Part shown: piece by piece, positions 50,036-53,498 of the stretch
How positions within the stretch are numbered: the stretch's first letter is position 1
Layout: each line of letters opens with the position of its first letter
From: Macrostomum lignano
Taxonomy: Eukaryota
Length of the DNA stretch: 53,498 nt
Direction: 5' to 3'
Assembly: GCA_002269645.1 (NCBI GenBank)
Contig: NIVC01004243.1
Location: 1-53,498 of the forward strand
Notes under the pieces: generated by a model
The model's database searches: none
What the model was told of the DNA's origin: nothing
What the model saw: the letters and a program-made list of their open reading frames with translations, nothing else
Position numbers and translations under genes: made by a program

Positions 50036-50600
50036 GCCTCGCCTCTCCTCTCCTCTCCTCTCCTCTCCTCTCCTCTCCTCTCCTCTCCTCTCCTTCTCCT
50101 TCTCCTCTCCTCTCCTCTCCTCTCCTCACCTCTCCTCTCCTCACCTCTCCTCTCCTCTCCTCACCTCTCCTCTCCTCTCCTCTTCTCTCCTCTCCTCTCC
50201 TCTCCTTTCCTCTCCTCTCCTCTCCTCTCCTCTCTCTCCTCTCCTCTCCTCTCCTCTCCTCCTCTCTCTCCTCTTCTCTACTCTCCTCTCCTCTTCTCTC
50301 CTCTCCTCTCCTCTCCTCTCCTCTCTCACTCTCCTCTCCTCTCCTCCTCTCCTCTCCTCTCCTCTCCTCTCTCTCCTCTCCTCACCTCTCCTCTCCTCTC
50401 CTCTCCTCTCCTCTCCTCTCCTCTCCTCTCTCTCCTCTCCTCTCCTCTTCTCTCCTCTCCTCAAATCTCTCCCTTCCCTCCTCTCTCTTCTCCTCTCTCA
50501 TCTCCTATTTTATCTCTCCTCTCCTCTTGTCTCCCCTCTTCTCCTTTATTCCCTCGCCTCACCTTTCTCCTATCTCTCTTCTGTATTCCCTCTCCTCTCT
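50036..50600. repeat. (CTCTC)n pentanucleotide / polypyrimidine tract
   Basis: Directly visible. Confidence 0.97.
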
Positions 50601-53169
50601 CCCCTCATATGAGTCATGCGCTAGGTTCTTTATCTGGCCCTTGAGGTAAAAAGTTCGCCGACCCCTGGTCTATGGGGAAAATATAAATGCTTCATTGCCA
50701 GTGGAGTTGGTCTCTGTGATAATGAAAAGCAAGTCTCGAACAGCTTGACCCTAGAGCGAGCTATTGGCTTGAAGAATGCTGTACAAGTTTGTGCAATACT
50801 GCGGGTTTTAGATTGCAAAATCCGATTGAACTCAGACAGGCAACTTCACTCCAGATAAAAACTATGCATTCAATTCTATAAAAAAGTTTCAGTTCCGCCC
50901 TGTAAAAGAACGAAGGCCAATGCAAATTTTGCCCGTTTTGAGACTTTTAAATCTCCCCCCCCCAACTGGGAGCGCCCAGTTTGAGGACACGAGCCTGGGG
51001 TGGATTCCAACCCCCGCCCAATTTTGCCTCGTGACAGATTAAAGAAATGGTCCCGATTTCTTCTGTAGCATTTCGAGCACAATTCTTCTTTGCCCTTTGA
51101 TTTGGCACAGAACAGAAATTGTAGCAATTATGAAAGCAGAAAAATGCTCCGCTCTTCTGCGCCATTTTTATGCGGTGTTTTCTTTGAAAATGGCTGCGCC
51201 ATTCAATCGGGCACTCTGGCTGCAGCTCTCGTACTGCATGGGGAAACTTCATGCTTCCCTTTTGAAGTTTAATTCCTCAAAGCTGATGGGTCCTTGGCAA
51301 ATCCAGTTGCAGGTGCCGTCCCTTGGACAATAAAGTTTTAGTATGGAACTGTATCTGGCTCTCGGATCATCTCCGATACCCCGCCACAGAGACCAAAATC
51401 TAGCATTAGTCACCGATCACCGCATGCGGATACTGGTAAGCTTCATCTCCAGGCGCAGCCAGCCAGCCAGCCTGCCAGTGCTTAGGAAAGCAGGCGGACT
51501 TGAATAAACAGCGATCGGGGGGCTCTGCTTTGGCAGCATTGGCCACCGGCCTGTTGGACCAGCCTGTGCGCGGCAGACAGCGCACTTCGAGGAGTGATGC
51601 CTCAGTTAAGACAAAAACAAACCATTTTCCCACTCTCCAAGCTACATGTCGTCACCGGCGCAGGCTGGACAGAAATCTTCCCAGCCCACCAAAGCCAGGA
51701 ACTTCTCTGAAAGAACCTCCGCCGGTTTCTTTTGCCGTGACTCATTCCCGTTAATTCGCCAAGGCTGCCGCTTACCTGCCTGGCCTCTGTGTTCAGTCGG
51801 TGGCGCTTTTTTTAACAGCATCGGCGTAGCGACACACGTGCCAATGTGTGCTGCATGTGTGTCTGCATGTGTGCGCTGATTAAACCCAGACTCCAGCTCA
51901 GTACCCTCCCCCCGTCTCCTCAAGCCACCGTCAATCGATTCCGCTGTGGGAGACGGGAAATATTAGCAGTCCGCCTGATGAAAAAAATCTTTGACTCTGG
52001 CACGCTTGCCCGGACTCACTGGGTGGGGGGGGGGAGAACTCCTGCTCCGGCTCACTGCTGGATGGGGCAGCGTGTCCCCAGGAGACATCTGCGGTGCCTC
52101 TCCCATTCTGATCTCTCTAAATTTGACCACCAGAGCTCAGATGCCGATCTCCATCCCCAAATAGCTCCAAGTTCAGCCTCCAATTCTGCATCATTTCAAA
52201 TTAGCTTTGCTCAGGCCTGGCAGCTGATTTGTCCCCATAAATTAATTACCGAGCAGTCCCCAGTTCACTACAGGGAAAACTACTCAAAAATAAATGCAAA
52301 AATATCGGCATTTTGATGGATCCAAAAAACAAATAAAAATTCGACTCAGAAATCGGGTATATTATCAACTTGGCTGTACTGTACCATACTATACAAGCAG
52401 GTGGGGGGTATTCGCAGGGACCGGTGCAAATCCGCACAATGCTCCAGCAACTGAAAACTACAGAGAAGCAATGAGCGAGAACAACAGCGCAAAATCTGAG
52501 GTAAATCGAGTGGAATAATTCCAAAAAAGACATCAAAACTGAAATGTTCTAAAAGGAGCAGCGGGCATAGCGGTGTGACATGAGCGCGGTGAAAAACGCA
52601 AAAAATGTGGATGGCATTCAGGAAACACTTCATAAGTTTTCCTACAGATTGAAAAAGTCCTTTGCCAGATCTTCTGCGCACCCCTTTCCTACTGTGTGGT
52701 CGAGAGAAACAGCGAGAAACAGCGCATCAGGAAAAGTTCATCCTGGCTTCCATTGCGATCTGATTTGCGGATTAAGGGACTGCGGCTGCAGCTGGCGGAT
52801 GGGGATCTGAGAGAGAGGGTACAGTTTTTTCTCTGTGAAAATTTTGCGATGGCGAAAATGGTGAGGAAAAAGCGCATCGAAAAAATTTTGCAGGAATTTC
52901 TGTGCCAGGAGGGCGGTGCGGGTGCCGCTGGGGGGGCGGAGACTTGGCGACTCTGTCAGGTGGGCGCGGATTTTGTCAGCGACCGGCCGATGGCCGAAAT
53001 TTCCCAGGATCCCAGCCAGTCAGCTGATTTTTTGCCCAAAAAAGTTCGGCGAGCCTTCGGACCCATTTCAGGCTGCCAGGCTGAGGCAGATAGTTTCCCA
53101 CTAGCAAAAAATCCGAACATACCTGGTGAAAGGTCTCAAAAATAACAAAAAGCGTCTGCGCCAAAAACC

Positions 53170-53498
53170 GAATTTTACTGACCCAAAACCGAAATATCTG
53201 ACCCAAAACCCGAAATATCTGACCAAAACCGAAATATCTGACCCAAAACCCGAAATATCTGACCCAAAACCCGAAATATCTGACCCAAAACCCGAAGTCA
53301 CTAATCCTAAACCCGAAGTCATTGACCCAAAACCCGAAGTCATTGACCCAAAACCCGAAGTCATTGACCCAAAACCGAAGTCATTGACCCAAAACCCGAA
53401 GTCATTGACCCAAAACCCGAAGTCATTGACCCAAAACCCGAAGTCATTGACCCAAAACCCGAAGTCATTGACCCAAAACCCGAAGTCACTGACCCAAA
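53170..53498. repeat. 21-bp minisatellite (GACCCAAAACCCGAAGTCATT)n running off the window end
   Basis: Visible array. Confidence 0.93.

Noticed and set aside
44000-53170. Many short ORFs in the right-hand 9 kb
   Set aside because: No recognisable domains or consistent exon chains; they may hide decayed transposons that need a database search.
53170-53498. Chromosome-end telomere at the window edge
   Set aside because: The unit is a 21-bp minisatellite, not a (TTAGGG)n tract.

Overview
Eukaryotic (animal) genomic DNA. It has GT-AG spliced, GC-rich exons, AT-rich spacers and a different 12-60 bp minisatellite in most introns. This architecture suggests a free-living flatworm such as Macrostomum (inference, not verified). 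Exon chains were reconstructed by hand from splice signals and reading frame. Left to right: a truncated Ty3/Gypsy element with its 5' LTR; a synaptotagmin-like C2 gene (partial); a DEG/ENaC channel; a RING/zinc-finger E3-like gene (the only + strand gene found); a BEN-domain gene; COA7; a full-length but decayed Ty3/Gypsy element with paired 240-bp LTRs and a 5-bp TSD; a 7-exon MALT1-type paracaspase; SMIM8; METTL4; CIR1; and about 10 kb of apparently non-coding DNA with a MITE-like element. The main finding is the paracaspase (27641-32775, minus strand, about 832 aa): death domain + one Ig domain + TWO tandem paracaspase domains, each keeping a His/Cys dyad (DGHG...DMCR and DGHG...DACR), with no C-terminal Ig3. 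It may be a single-chain, pre-dimerised protease. Second, SMIM8 and COA7 have no in-frame N-terminal ATG and start exactly at a phase-0 splice acceptor. This fits a spliced leader donating the start AUG, possibly within a CIR1-METTL4-SMIM8 operon-like run. Third, the intron splitting the RING motif is bounded by a 9-bp direct repeat, suggesting intron gain by insertion. Domain calls are by-eye motif recognition; no database searches were run.
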